Positions 38,026-48,257 of a stretch of DNA of 64,000 nucleotides are shown in pieces; within the stretch, counting starts at the first letter, position 1; the number at the start of each line of letters is the position of its first letter. This stretch comes from an uncultured Fibrobacteraceae bacterium (lineage in GTDB: Bacteria > Krumholzibacteriota > Krumholzibacteriia > LZORAL124-64-63). The notes under the pieces are model-generated. The model was not told where the DNA came from, did no database searches, and worked only from the letters and a program-made list of their open reading frames with translations. The stretch covers positions 552-64,551 of the forward strand of contig CAZSNA010000003.1 of assembly GCA_964607825.1 (NCBI GenBank), given 5' to 3'. A program made the translations under genes and the position numbers.

Positions 38026-39522
38026 CTAACCCGCCACGACCTTGACCAGATGGTTCAGCGACGCCTTCATGAGGTTCAGGACCGGCATCGGGTACACGCC
38101 CAGCAGCAGCACGATCAGCCCGATGGGCACCAGCGTGAACAGCTCGCGGGCCGAGATGTCGGGCAGGTCGTCGTACTTGTCGTTCTTGGGCCCGAGGAAC
38201 ACGCGCTGGAGCATCCACAGCACGTAGGCGGCGCCGATCACGATGCCGATGGCGCTGATGATGGCGATGGTGCGGTGCACCGGGAAGGCGCCCAGGAAGA
38301 CCATGGCCTCGCTGACGAAGCCGCTCAGGCCGGGCAGGCCGACCGCCGCGAACAGCGCGAACGAGAACACCGAGGTGTAGACCGGCATCTGCAGGCCGAG
38401 GCCGCCGAAGCCGTCGATGTCGCGATGGTGGGCGCGGTCGTAGATCACGCCCACGCAGAGGAACATCATGGCCGTGATGGTGCCGTGGTTGAACATCTGG
38501 AAGACGGCGCCGTTGATGCCGGTGGAGTTCATGGCCGCCATGCCCAGCAGCACGTAGCCCATGTGGCTCACCGAGGAGTAGGCCACCAGCTTCTTCATGT
38601 CCGACTGCGCCATGGCGCAGAACGCGCCGTAGAGGATGTTCACGCAGCCCAGGATCGCCATGGGGATCATGAAGTTCACGGCCTGGTCGGGCAGGATCGG
38701 ATAGCTGATCCGCAGGATGCCGTAGGTGCCCATCTTCAGCAGCACGCCGGCCAGGATCACCGACACGGCCGTCGGGGCCTCCACGTGGGCGTCGGGCAAC
38801 CAGGTGTGGAACGGGAAGATCGGCACCTTGATGGCGAAGCCGATGAACAGGCCCAGCCAGATCAGGAAGCGCACGTTGTTCAGGTCCAGGATGCCGCCGT
38901 GGTTGGCCTGGTCGAACATGTGCAGCATGTTGAACGTGTGCCCGCCCGTGACCGGGTCGCTCACGTTGTAGTAGAAGGCGATCATCGCCAGCAGCATCAG
39001 CACCGAGCCGGCCAGCGTGTAGAGGAAGAACTTGATCGCCGCGTATTCCTTGCGCGGGCCGCCCCAGATGCCGATCAGGAAGTACATCGGCAACAGCATC
39101 ACTTCCCAGAACACGTAGAACAGGAAGAAGTCCAGGGCGCAGAAGACGCCCATCATCCCCGCCTCGAGCAGCAGGAAGAGGGCGAAGTAGCCCTTGGTCG
39201 CCTTGTCGATGTTCCAGGACGCGATGATGCACAGGAACGAGAGGAACGCGGTCAGCAGCACCATCGGTACGCTCAGGCCGTCGATGCCCATGAAGTACTC
39301 GATGTTGAAGGCCTTGATCCACTCGTAGTGCTCCACGAACTGGAAGCCCGTCATGGTCCGGTCGAAGTCCTTGAAGACCTGCACCGCCAGGATCAGGGGC
39401 ACGGCGGCCGCGGCCGCGGCCACGGTCTTGATGATTTCCTTCCTATCCCTGGGCACGAAGGCGATGACCGCCGCGCCAATGACCGGGAAAAAGGTCATCC
39501 AGGACAGAATGTGGTCAGACAT
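38026..39522 (-). CDS. nuoM: NADH-quinone oxidoreductase subunit M
   Basis: 498 aa, NuoM-like with the 'FYVFWEVMLLPMYFLIG' motif. Confidence 0.9.
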   Translation of the reverse strand: MSDHILSWMTFFPVIGAAVIAFVPRDRKEIIKTVAAAAAAVPLILAVQVFKDFDRTMTGFQFVEHYEWIKAFNIEYFMGIDGLSVPMVLLTAFLSFLCIIASWNIDKATKGYFALFLLLEAGMMGVFCALDFFLFYVFWEVMLLPMYFLIGIWGGPRKEYAAIKFFLYTLAGSVLMLLAMIAFYYNVSDPVTGGHTFNMLHMFDQANHGGILDLNNVRFLIWLGLFIGFAIKVPIFPFHTWLPDAHVEAPTAVSVILAGVLLKMGTYGILRISYPILPDQAVNFMIPMAILGCVNILYGAFCAMAQSDMKKLVAYSSVSHMGYVLLGMAAMNSTGINGAVFQMFNHGTITAMMFLCVGVIYDRAHHRDIDGFGGLGLQMPVYTSVFSFALFAAVGLPGLSGFVSEAMVFLGAFPVHRTIAIISAIGIVIGAAYVLWMLQRVFLGPKNDKYDDLPDISARELFTLVPIGLIVLLLGVYPMPVLNLMKASLNHLVKVVAG

Positions 39523-39552
39523 CGAGTCGCTCCTCTCGGAATGAATCCGGGC

Positions 39553-41748
39553 CTAAAGCGCGCGGAACACGAACACGAGCAAGAGGACGGAGAAGCAGAC
39601 GTAGACCAGGTACGTCTGGATCCGTCCGGTCTGGACGCGCCGGACGCTCTCGCCGGCTCCCTGGATCACGGCGCCGATGCCGTTGACCAGGCCGTCCACG
39701 ATGTACTTGTCCGCCAGGCCGGAGACCCAGCTCAGCAGACGCGTCAGGTAGCCCATGCCGTTGACGATGCCGTCGATCACGATGCGGTCGAAGGCGCCGT
39801 TGAGGCGGCTGAACCACAAGGTGAAGCGATAGACCGTCGCGGCATAGAGCTGGTCGAAGAAATACATGTTCTGGAGCACGTTGTGCACCTGCGGCAGGCG
39901 CTCCAGGACCCGCTTGGCGCTGATCGCGCCGCGGATGTAGGTCAGCCACGACACGAAGATGCCCAGGCCGGCGATGCCGATGGACAGCCACATGGCCGTC
40001 ACGTGGGCCTTGTGGTGCACGTCGTGGTGGTGGTCGTCGTGGTGCCCGTCGTGGGCGGCCGCGCCGTGGGCGTCGCCGTGCGCGTGCGCGTCGTCGTGCC
40101 CGTGCGCGTCGTCGTGCGCATGCGCGTCGTCCGAGGCCGCGTGGGGCTCGGCGGGCAGCAGGCCCGCGACCGGCGCGTGGTGGACCTCGCCGTGGCCGCC
40201 GCCGTGGACGGCCTCATGGCCGGCCAGGCTCGCCGGCGTGTGCTCCTCGACGATGCGCTCCAGGTCGTAGGGCGCCACGAAGCGGGCGAACCAGCCGGTG
40301 TCCGGCCCCTTCCAGCCCGAGGAGACGACGGCCAGGACCGCCAGCACCATCAGGGGCACCGACATGGTCCAGGGCGACTCGTGGGCGTGGCTGTAGCGCT
40401 CCTCGTCGCGCGGCTTGCCCATGAAGGTCTGGAACAGCATGCGGAACATGTAGAAGGCGGTCAGGCCGGCGGCGAGCAGCGCCATGATGAAGGGCACGTA
40501 GTGGGCGTCGGTCATGCCGAAGGCCAGGGCGCCCGCCAGGATGGCGTCCTTGCTGTAGAAGCCCGACAGCAGCGGCACGCCGGCGATGGCCAGCGTGGCG
40601 ATGAAGAACGTGACGAAGGTGATGGGCATCTTCTTCCGCAGCCCGCCCATCAGCGGCATCTCCTGGGTGTGCACGGCGTGGATCACCGAGCCGGAGCCCA
40701 GGAACAGCAGCGCCTTGAAGAAGGCGTGAGTGGTCAGGTGGAACATGCCCGCCGACGCCGCGCCCACGCCCATGGCCATCACCATGTAGCCGAGCTGGCT
40801 GACGGTGGAGTAGGCCAGCGAGCGCTTGATGTCGGTCTTGACCACGGCGATGGTCGCGGCCAGCAGCGCGGTGATCGCGCCGATGTAGGCGATGACCAGC
40901 AGGGCGTTGGGATCGAACAGCGGGATCAGGCGCGCCACCATGTAGACGCCCGCGGCGACCATGGTCGCGGCGTGGATCAGGGCGGACACGGGGGTCGGAC
41001 CCTCCATGGCGTCGGGCAGCCAGATGTGCAGCGGCACCTGGGCGCTCTTGCCCACGCAGCCCATGAACAGGCCGACGCCGGCCCAGGTCAGCAGCGCCCC
41101 GCCGAGGGGATCGATCTGCATGGCCGCGAACAGCTCCAGGTAGTTGAAGGTGCCGTAGGCGGTGAAGAAGATCAGGATGCCCATGAAGAAGCCGAAGTCG
41201 CCGACGCGGTTGGTCAGGAACGCCTTCTTGTTGGCCGCGGCCGCGCTGGCCTTGTGGAAGAAGAAGCCGATCAGCAGGTAGCTCGCCAGTCCCACCAGCT
41301 CCCAGAACACGTACAGGAACAGCAGGCTGTTGCTCAGCACGATGCCCATCATGGAGAAGGTGAAGAAGCCGAGGAAGGCGAAGAAGCGCTCGTAGCGCCG
41401 GTCGCCGTGCATGTAGCCGACGGAGAACAGGTGGACCATGAAGCTGACGGTGGTCACGACCACCAGCATGACCGCGGTCATGCCGTCGACGAGGATGCCC
41501 GCGTCGGCCGTGAACTTGCCCAGGTCGATCCAGCGCAGGTTGGCCTCCACCTGGAGTCCGGGATCGTTCGTCTTCCAGAAGTGGGCGAAGATGCGCAGGG
41601 CCAGGACCCAGGAGATCCCCAGCAGGGACACGCCGACCCAGTCGCCCTTGCGCGGCAGCTTCTTCCCGAAGAAGAAGAGGATCGCGTAGGACAGCAGCGG
41701 CAGGCCCAGGATCGCGAGGGCGCTGTAGATGATGGCGTTTTCGCTCAT
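39553..41748 (-). CDS. nuoL: NADH-quinone oxidoreductase subunit L, with a roughly 100-aa His/Asp-rich low-complexity insertion
   Basis: 731 aa, NuoL-like with 'LYVFWELVGLASYLLIGF'. The insertion is 'DDAHAHDDAHGHDDAHAHGDAHG...HDGHHDDHHHDVHH'. Confidence 0.9.
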   Translation of the reverse strand: MSENAIIYSALAILGLPLLSYAILFFFGKKLPRKGDWVGVSLLGISWVLALRIFAHFWKTNDPGLQVEANLRWIDLGKFTADAGILVDGMTAVMLVVVTTVSFMVHLFSVGYMHGDRRYERFFAFLGFFTFSMMGIVLSNSLLFLYVFWELVGLASYLLIGFFFHKASAAAANKKAFLTNRVGDFGFFMGILIFFTAYGTFNYLELFAAMQIDPLGGALLTWAGVGLFMGCVGKSAQVPLHIWLPDAMEGPTPVSALIHAATMVAAGVYMVARLIPLFDPNALLVIAYIGAITALLAATIAVVKTDIKRSLAYSTVSQLGYMVMAMGVGAASAGMFHLTTHAFFKALLFLGSGSVIHAVHTQEMPLMGGLRKKMPITFVTFFIATLAIAGVPLLSGFYSKDAILAGALAFGMTDAHYVPFIMALLAAGLTAFYMFRMLFQTFMGKPRDEERYSHAHESPWTMSVPLMVLAVLAVVSSGWKGPDTGWFARFVAPYDLERIVEEHTPASLAGHEAVHGGGHGEVHHAPVAGLLPAEPHAASDDAHAHDDAHGHDDAHAHGDAHGAAAHDGHHDDHHHDVHHKAHVTAMWLSIGIAGLGIFVSWLTYIRGAISAKRVLERLPQVHNVLQNMYFFDQLYAATVYRFTLWFSRLNGAFDRIVIDGIVNGMGYLTRLLSWVSGLADKYIVDGLVNGIGAVIQGAGESVRRVQTGRIQTYLVYVCFSVLLLVFVFRAL

Positions 41749-41764
41749 CGTGTTCCCGTCTCCC

Positions 41765-42073
41765 TTATCGCTTCAGCCGGTTGACGGTCTCCACGTGGAC
41801 CGTCCCGAAATTGCGGAACATGGCCAGCACGATCGCCAGGCCGACGGCGGCCTCGGCCGCGGCCAGCACGATCACGAAGGCGGCCATGATGTGGCCGTCG
41901 ACCCCCGTCGCCACGTAACGGGAGAAGGCCACGAAGTTGAGGTTCGCCGAGTTCAGGATCAGCTCCACGCCCATCAGCAGGGCGACCGTGTTGCGCCGGG
42001 TCATGACGGCGAACAGGCCGAGGGCGAAGAGGATCGCCGCGACGGTCAGGTAATGCTCCAGTCCGACGGTCAT
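41765..42073 (-). CDS. nuoK: NADH-quinone oxidoreductase subunit K
   Basis: 102 aa with 'LLMGVELILNSANLNFVAF'. Confidence 0.9.
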   Translation of the reverse strand: MTVGLEHYLTVAAILFALGLFAVMTRRNTVALLMGVELILNSANLNFVAFSRYVATGVDGHIMAAFVIVLAAAEAAVGLAIVLAMFRNFGTVHVETVNRLKR

Positions 42074-42624
42074 GACTGCACCTCCTCGGCGGGGGGCGCG
42101 TCGTCCACGGCGGTCTCCTCCGGCTCGGGCTCGGCCCGGCGCTCGCGGATCAGGATCGCCGCGCCGATCATGGCCACCAGCAGCACCAGCGAGGCGAACT
42201 CGAAGGGGAAGATGTGGGTGGTCATCAGGCGCGTGCCGATCTCCGAGATCGTCGGCACCGCCTCGCCGGGCTCCGACTCGGGCCAGCGCGTGCCGGTGGC
42301 GATCTTGTAGAGCAGCGCGAAGAGCGCCAGGGCCAGCACGCCGGCCGGCACCATGTGGTCGAAGCCGCGGCGCGGCGCGTCGCCGCGCGGCATCCGCGTC
42401 ATCATCACCACGAAGAGGATCAGGATCAGCACGCCGCCGATGTAGACGATCACCTGCGTGATCGCCAGGAAGTCCGCGCCGAGCTGTGCGAAGAGCCCCG
42501 CCACGCCGAGCAGCGTGAACATCAGGGCGAAGCCGGCGTGCACGATGTTGCGGCTGAACACGACGAAGAAGCCGGCCAGCACGGTCAACAGCGCGAAACC
42601 GTAGAAGACGAGGTCACCGGACAC
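42070..42624 (-). CDS. nuoJ: NADH-quinone oxidoreductase subunit J
   Basis: 184 aa, five transmembrane segments, ordered between nuoI and nuoK. Confidence 0.85.
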   Translation of the reverse strand: MSGDLVFYGFALLTVLAGFFVVFSRNIVHAGFALMFTLLGVAGLFAQLGADFLAITQVIVYIGGVLILILFVVMMTRMPRGDAPRRGFDHMVPAGVLALALFALLYKIATGTRWPESEPGEAVPTISEIGTRLMTTHIFPFEFASLVLLVAMIGAAILIRERRAEPEPEETAVDDAPPAEEVQS

Positions 42625-42627
42625 GTC

Positions 42628-43218
42628 TCAGTCCCCCTTTTCCGGGTCGGCGGGCTTGTCGGCAGGAGCGTCGGGCTTTTCGGCGTCCGCCTTCTCCTGC
42701 TCGGCCTTCTTGCGGGCGGCTTCCTTCTTGGCCGCGATCTTGGCCCGCTCCTTCTCGGCGTCGGGCACGTAGTAGCCCATGTCGAGGCGGGTCTCCTTGT
42801 GGCACGGCACGGGCTGCTTCGGGTCCACGAACTCGTAGACCAGCCGCTGGCGGTCGTAGAGGGCGTGGTCGTAGTCGAGGCTGTGCTGGCAGGCGTCGGT
42901 GGGGCACTCGGTGGTGCACAGGCCGCACCAGATGCACTTGTTGTAGTCGATGGCGTACCGGTGCATGAACCGGTCCTTGCCCTTGCCGACGGTCTCGATG
43001 TAGATGCAGTCCACGGGACAGACCTTGGCGCAGCGCAGGCAGGCGTCGCAACGGTGGATGTCGTTGATGACGAAGCCCTTGAAACGCTCCGGCAGCACCC
43101 AGCGCTCGTCGGGATACTGCAGCGTCACCGGCTTCTTCACCAGGTGCTTGCCCGTGATGCGCATCCCCTTGAGGGCGCTGATCAGGGCGTCCGATATGTC
43201 GCGCAGGTACTGGGTCAT
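42628..43218 (-). CDS. nuoI: NADH-quinone oxidoreductase subunit I (2x[4Fe-4S]) with a K/A/E-rich C-terminal tail
   Basis: Two CxxCxxCxxxCP motifs: 'CDACLRCAKVCP' and 'CIWCGLCTTECP'. Confidence 0.9.
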   Translation of the reverse strand: MTQYLRDISDALISALKGMRITGKHLVKKPVTLQYPDERWVLPERFKGFVINDIHRCDACLRCAKVCPVDCIYIETVGKGKDRFMHRYAIDYNKCIWCGLCTTECPTDACQHSLDYDHALYDRQRLVYEFVDPKQPVPCHKETRLDMGYYVPDAEKERAKIAAKKEAARKKAEQEKADAEKPDAPADKPADPEKGD

Positions 43219-43254
43219 GACCGCTCCCTGAAACGTTGACCTTGTCGTCCGCGG

Positions 43255-44304
43255 CTAGCCGAGCTCGCCGCTCACCATCATCCAGACGCCGGATCCCAGG
43301 ACGCAGATCAGCGTCAGGGGGATCAGCACCTTCCAGCACGTGTGCATCAGCTGGTCGACGCGCAGGCGGGGCAGCGTCCAGCGCACCCACATCTGCAGCA
43401 GCACCAGCAGCACGGCCTTGAGCACGAAGACCAGGCCGGGCAGCAACACCGGGCCGGCGACCGGATACCAGCCGCCCAGGAACACCGCCGTGGCGACGCA
43501 GGAGACCAGGAACAGGTTCGCGTACTCCGCCAGGAAGAAGAAGGCGAAGCGCATGCCCGTGTACTCGACGTGGTAGCCGGCCACCAGTTCGGACTCGGTC
43601 TCCGGCATGTCGAAGGGGCCGCGGTTCACCTCGGCGATGGACGCGATGAAGTAGACCACGAAGGCGACGAACAGGAACGGGTCGTGCAGCAGGTTCCAGT
43701 TCCAGATGCCGCCCTGCTGGTTGATCACGATGTCGTTCATGTTCAGCGAACCGGTCAGCATGACGACCGGGATGCAGGCCAGGGCCAGCGGGATCTCGTA
43801 GCTGACCATCTGGGCCGCGCCGCGCGCCGCGCCGTAGAGCGCCCACTTGTTGTTGGACGCCCAGCCCGCCATGAGGATGCCCGCCACCGCGCCGCTGCTG
43901 ACGGCGAAGATGTAGAACAGCCCCAGGTCCAGGTCCGAGGCGATGAAGCCGGGCGCGAAGGGGATCGCGGCCCAGGCCAGCAGCGAGCCGATGAAGATCA
44001 CCAGGGGCGCCAGCATGAACAGCGGCTTGTCCGCGTCGGCGGGGATGATGTCCTCCTTGCCGAGGATCTTCACCATGTCCGCCACCGGCTGCAGCACGCC
44101 GTGGAAGCGGCCCACGCGCATGGGGCCGTAGCGGCTCTGGATGAAGCCGGCCACCTTGCGCTCGGCCCAGGTGAAGACGATGGCGCACAGGGCCATCACG
44201 AGCGACATGGCCAGGGCCATCGTCAACCCGCCGACGATGAGCGTCGTCTGCGGGGACATGCCGTCGCCGAAGATCTGTCCGAAGAGGTCGGTGATGACTT
44301 CCAT
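43255..44304 (-). CDS. nuoH: NADH-quinone oxidoreductase subunit H
   Basis: 349 aa, NuoH/ND1-like. Confidence 0.9.
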   Translation of the reverse strand: MEVITDLFGQIFGDGMSPQTTLIVGGLTMALAMSLVMALCAIVFTWAERKVAGFIQSRYGPMRVGRFHGVLQPVADMVKILGKEDIIPADADKPLFMLAPLVIFIGSLLAWAAIPFAPGFIASDLDLGLFYIFAVSSGAVAGILMAGWASNNKWALYGAARGAAQMVSYEIPLALACIPVVMLTGSLNMNDIVINQQGGIWNWNLLHDPFLFVAFVVYFIASIAEVNRGPFDMPETESELVAGYHVEYTGMRFAFFFLAEYANLFLVSCVATAVFLGGWYPVAGPVLLPGLVFVLKAVLLVLLQMWVRWTLPRLRVDQLMHTCWKVLIPLTLICVLGSGVWMMVSGELG

Positions 44305-44306
44305 GG

Positions 44307-45473
44307 CTACCTGTCAATCTCCCCGAGAACGATGTCCAGCGAACCCACCGCGGCCACGAGGTCGGAAATCATCATTCCGGGTCCGACCTTCTCCAGCACG
44401 TGGAGGTTCGAGAATGACGGCGACCGCGTCTTGTTGCGGAAGGGCTTGCCGCCCCCGTCCGCGAAGAGGTGGAAGCCGATCTCGCCCTTGCTGCTCTCCG
44501 TCCGGGTGTACAGGGAGCCCTGGGGCGGCTTGACGGTCTTCTTCAGCTGGTCGGTCATGATCGGGCCCTCGGGCAGCCCGTCCACGGCCTGGCGCACGAT
44601 GCGGCAGGACTCGTACATCTCCCTCACGCGCACCATGTAGCGGTCCCAGCAGTCGCCGATGGTCCCCTTCTCCCCCTCGCCGTAGGGGATGTCGAACTCG
44701 AAGCGGTCGTAGATCGAGTAGGGGTCGTCCTTGCGGCAGTCGAAGGGCACGCCGGCGCCGCGCAGCACCGGGCCGGTGCAGCCGTAGGCGTTGCAGTCGG
44801 CGGCGTCGATCACGCCCACGTCGGCCAGGCGCTCGATGAAGATCTTGTTGTACGAGAGCAGCGTGTTGTACTCGTCGATCTTCTGCTCCATGATGTTGAC
44901 GATGTCGAGCACGTCCTCGACGAAGCCGTCGTAGGCGTCGTAGCGCAGGCCGCCGATGTCGAAGTAGTTGTAGAGCATGCGGCCGCCGCTGAGGCGCTCG
45001 AAGATGTTCAGGATCTCCTCGCGCTCGCGGAAGCAGTAGAGCAGCGGCGTCCAGGCGCCCATGTCCAGGCCGAAGGTGCCCAGGGCGATGAGGTGGCTGG
45101 CGATCCGCTGCAGCTCCGCGCAGATCACGCGGATGTGCTCGGCGCGCTCGGGCACCTCGACGTCCAGCATGTTCTCCACGGCCACCGCGTAGCCGAAGTT
45201 CATGTTCATGGGCGCCAGGTAGTCGAAGCGGTCGGTGTAGACCATCCACTGGCGGTAGTCGCAGCCCTCGGCGATCTTCTCGGCGCAGCGGTGCAGGTAG
45301 CCGAGGTAGGGCGTGACCTTGCTGACGATCTCGCCGTCGGTCTCCACCAGCAGTCGCAGCACGCCGTGGGTGGCCGGGTGCTGGGGCCCCATGTTGATCT
45401 CGAGCAGCTCGGAGTGGAAGTCGCGGGCTTCGTCCTGGCCGGACCAGCCGTGGGCGACGACGGGATCGCTCAT
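44307..45473 (-). CDS. nuoD: NADH-quinone oxidoreductase subunit D
   Basis: '[19 protein letters not shown]' is the NuoD/49-kDa signature. Confidence 0.9.
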   Translation of the reverse strand: MSDPVVAHGWSGQDEARDFHSELLEINMGPQHPATHGVLRLLVETDGEIVSKVTPYLGYLHRCAEKIAEGCDYRQWMVYTDRFDYLAPMNMNFGYAVAVENMLDVEVPERAEHIRVICAELQRIASHLIALGTFGLDMGAWTPLLYCFREREEILNIFERLSGGRMLYNYFDIGGLRYDAYDGFVEDVLDIVNIMEQKIDEYNTLLSYNKIFIERLADVGVIDAADCNAYGCTGPVLRGAGVPFDCRKDDPYSIYDRFEFDIPYGEGEKGTIGDCWDRYMVRVREMYESCRIVRQAVDGLPEGPIMTDQLKKTVKPPQGSLYTRTESSKGEIGFHLFADGGGKPFRNKTRSPSFSNLHVLEKVGPGMMISDLVAAVGSLDIVLGEIDR

Positions 45474-46129
45474 GACTCACCTCCGGGCTTCTCGTCGGTA
45501 GAAACCTTGCGGGCTTCGGGCGGCGGCACGACGGCGGCGTCCTCGCCCCACTTGGCTTCGGCGTAGGACTTGCCCTCCATGGGCACGCCCTGCCACTCGC
45601 CGGGCATGACGTAGTCCTTGCGCAGGGGGTGGCCCTCCCAGGCGTCGTCCAGCAGGATGCGGCGCAGGTCCGGGTGGCCGGTGAAGCGGACGCCCACCAG
45701 GTCCCAGGCCTCGCGCTCGTGCCAGGCGGCGGTGGGCCACACCGCGGAGACCGTCGGCACCTCGGGGGCGCTGCGCGGCACGCGCGTGAAGAGGCAGAAC
45801 TTGTGGCCGTGGCGATGCGAGTAGAGGGCGTAGGCCACGCCCAGGTCGCCCTCGCCGACGCGGTCGCTGGTCTCGGGCCTGCCGAGCTCGTCGTAGCCGA
45901 GGATGGCGACGCTCTTGCCCTTGCCGCTGTCGTCGTAGCCGTCCCAGTCCAGGCCGGTCAGGCACATCAGCAGGTCGAAGTCGAGCGCGTCCTCGTCGCG
46001 CAGCGTCTGCGCGATCTCGGCGATGCGCGACGCGGCGACCTGCGCGCCCTGCTCGTGGGTGTCCACGAACTCGAGCACGTCCTCGCCGAACCGCTCACGC
46101 AACAGGTCGTGGATGGCATTGGCTTCCAT
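45470..46129 (-). CDS. nuoC: NADH-quinone oxidoreductase subunit C
   Basis: About 220 aa, 30-kDa subunit-like. Start at '[10 protein letters not shown]'; the upstream extension is Arg-rich junk. Confidence 0.8.
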   Translation of the reverse strand: MEANAIHDLLRERFGEDVLEFVDTHEQGAQVAASRIAEIAQTLRDEDALDFDLLMCLTGLDWDGYDDSGKGKSVAILGYDELGRPETSDRVGEGDLGVAYALYSHRHGHKFCLFTRVPRSAPEVPTVSAVWPTAAWHEREAWDLVGVRFTGHPDLRRILLDDAWEGHPLRKDYVMPGEWQGVPMEGKSYAEAKWGEDAAVVPPPEARKVSTDEKPGGES

Positions 46130-46137
46130 GTCGTCCC

Positions 46138-46767
46138 TCAGCGTTTGACGTAGGGGATCTTCTTGGCGTAGTCCGCCACCCACTTGGGGGGCTTGAACTT
46201 GCCCTTGCGACCGCGGATCACGTCCTGGAGGCGCATCAGGCCGTCCAGCAGCACCTCGGGGCGCGGCGGGCAGCCGGGGATGTACACGTCCACGGGCACC
46301 ATCAGGTCGACGCCCTTGACCACGTGGTAGCCGTACTTGAAGTACGGACCGCCGCCGATGGCGCAGCTGCCCATGGCCACGACCCACTTGGGCTCGGGCA
46401 TCTGGTCGTAGATGCGGCGCAGGCGCTCGGCCATCTTGGCGGTGACGGTGCCCGAGACGATCATCAGGTCGGCCTGGCGCGGCGTGGCGCGGAAGGCGCC
46501 GGCGCCGAAGCGGTCGATGTCGTAGCGGGTGGCCGACGCGGCCATCATCTCGATGGCGCAGCAGGCCAGGCCGAAGGTCACCGGCCAGATGCTCGACAGG
46601 CGGGCCCAGTTGAAGAGCTCGTCGACGGTGGTCAGGATGAAGTTCTTCGAGTCGGTCTGGGCGAGACGCTCGAAGTCCTCGTCCAGCTTGAAGTCGAGCA
46701 TGCGCTCGCGCGCGGGATCGTATCCCTCGGGCGGCGTGGTGGACTCGACGTAGTTCCTGCGGCTCAT
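46138..46767 (-). CDS. nuoB: NADH-quinone oxidoreductase subunit B
   Basis: '[10 protein letters not shown]', 'GSCAIGGGP' and 'IPGCPPRP' are the N2 cluster ligand motifs. Confidence 0.9.
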   Translation of the reverse strand: MSRRNYVESTTPPEGYDPARERMLDFKLDEDFERLAQTDSKNFILTTVDELFNWARLSSIWPVTFGLACCAIEMMAASATRYDIDRFGAGAFRATPRQADLMIVSGTVTAKMAERLRRIYDQMPEPKWVVAMGSCAIGGGPYFKYGYHVVKGVDLMVPVDVYIPGCPPRPEVLLDGLMRLQDVIRGRKGKFKPPKWVADYAKKIPYVKR

Positions 46768-47213
46768 TCCCCGCTCACCTCCGCCCCGTCGCGCTTGATC
46801 AGGCCCTTGACCCAGTCGAGATCGCCCTTGGCCCAGATGTAGGCCAGGCCCACGGCCAGGATGCCGAGGAACAGGGCCATCTCCACGAACAGCAGCCCGC
46901 CGATGGCCGGGAACAGCGGCTTGAACACCACGGCCCACGGGTAGATGAAGACCACTTCCACATCGAAGACGATGAAGAACAGCGCGATCAGGTAGAAGCG
47001 GATATTGAAACGCACCCACGACGATCCGCGCGGCAGCTCGCCGCACTCGTAGGTCACCTGCTTGGCCGCGCTCGGCGCGTGCGGCCGCACCAGCTTCGCG
47101 ATCCCCAGCGCCAGGTTGGCGAAGAAGATCCCGAACAGGACGAACAGCAGGACCGTCGTGTAATTGGCGTGGAGCCCCGTGGGAACGGTGGCCAGGATGG
47201 GCAGAAGACTCAT
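46764..47213 (-). CDS. nuoA: NADH-quinone oxidoreductase subunit A
   Basis: 149 aa, three transmembrane segments, 'YECGELP' motif and an ATGA overlap with nuoB. Confidence 0.85.
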   Translation of the reverse strand: MSLLPILATVPTGLHANYTTVLLFVLFGIFFANLALGIAKLVRPHAPSAAKQVTYECGELPRGSSWVRFNIRFYLIALFFIVFDVEVVFIYPWAVVFKPLFPAIGGLLFVEMALFLGILAVGLAYIWAKGDLDWVKGLIKRDGAEVSGE

Positions 47214-47447
47214 CGGAATGCCGGCCCCCATGGCGTTGAGTGATGGGATGGCTCGGAACGGAATCCACCGGGAAGCGCGCGTCCGCGGCGCGGTTCCCGC
47301 CGCGAAAATCGCATCCGGACAAATACAGGCATCAGGGCGTGCCGTGTCAAGAAGCATGTGCCGGACATGGAGGTGGCGCGCAGGCGTCCGGTGTGGGAAA
47401 GTCGGGCCCATACAGGTTCATTCATACCCGTTCGTCGGAGGAATCCC

Positions 47448-48152
47448 ATGATCCGCTCCACCATTCTACTGCTGGTCTCGCTGCTGGCCGCGGCTCCCGC
47501 CGCCGCCGACATCATCCTGGACGTGGATTTCGAGGGGCAGCCCCTCGATCAGGTCATCGGCACGGGCGGCGCGGCCGCCGGGCAGCCCTACGACATCTAC
47601 AACTGCACCCCGATCGTGCGCGACGGGCCGATGGGCTCGTACTGCCTGGAGATCGAGGACATCGCCGACTTCGGCACGGGCAACGTGTTATTCGCATTCC
47701 TCGACGACGCCGAGATCGTCACCGGCACCGTCGAGATCGTCTGCGACCTCTGGTTCGACTACCTGGAGTTGTACCACTTCTACGTGCGCGAACAGGGCAG
47801 TTCCGGGCAGGAGTTCCTGACGGCCTACTTCCTCGATGGCGGCGCCGTGGCTTTCCACGACCAATCGGGCTTTGCGGGCTCCGCGACCTACGAGGTCGGC
47901 CGCTCCATCCGGCTGCGCGTCCTGTACGATATAGACGCGGGCACGTACGACCTGTGGTGGGACGGAACCCGGGTGATCACCGACCGCGCCCACGGCATCG
48001 TCGGCCGGGGCGTCGGCAGCATCATCGTGGGCACCGACCACGACGAGGATCTGGACGGCCTCTTCTACATCGACGATCTGCGGGTGGAGACGGACGTCTC
48101 GACGCCGACGACGGCCACGGACTGGGGTTCGCTGAAACTCCTCTGGAAGTAA
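47448..48152 (+). CDS. Small Sec-secreted protein of 234 aa ending in DWGSLKLLWK (lectin/jelly-roll-like body)
   Basis: RBS GGAGGAATCCC-ATG, signal peptide 'LLLVSLLAAAPAAAD', a mature N-terminus 'IILDVDFEG' and the shared C-terminal motif. Confidence 0.65.
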   Translation: MIRSTILLLVSLLAAAPAAADIILDVDFEGQPLDQVIGTGGAAAGQPYDIYNCTPIVRDGPMGSYCLEIEDIADFGTGNVLFAFLDDAEIVTGTVEIVCDLWFDYLELYHFYVREQGSSGQEFLTAYFLDGGAVAFHDQSGFAGSATYEVGRSIRLRVLYDIDAGTYDLWWDGTRVITDRAHGIVGRGVGSIIVGTDHDEDLDGLFYIDDLRVETDVSTPTTATDWGSLKLLWK

Positions 48153-48182
48153 GGGTTTAGCTCACGTGTCGAGTCATAAATA

Positions 48183-48211
48183 TTGACCTTTCGTGCTATA
48201 TTTGCTACACT
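48183..48211 (+). promoter_or_regulatory. Sigma70-like promoter TTGACC-17-TACACT upstream of 48258
   Basis: ttgaccttcgtgctatatttgctacact in an AT-rich spacer. Confidence 0.45.
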
Positions 48212-48257
48212 TGTGGAGTTCGGTGCATCGCCCACCCGTCACATGCCGAGGTAAGAC

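Noticed and set aside
39999-40217. A 72-aa ORF encoding a Thr/Arg/Pro-rich peptide
   Set aside because: It is antisense to the His/Asp repeat inside nuoL and is an artefact of the nucleotide repeat.
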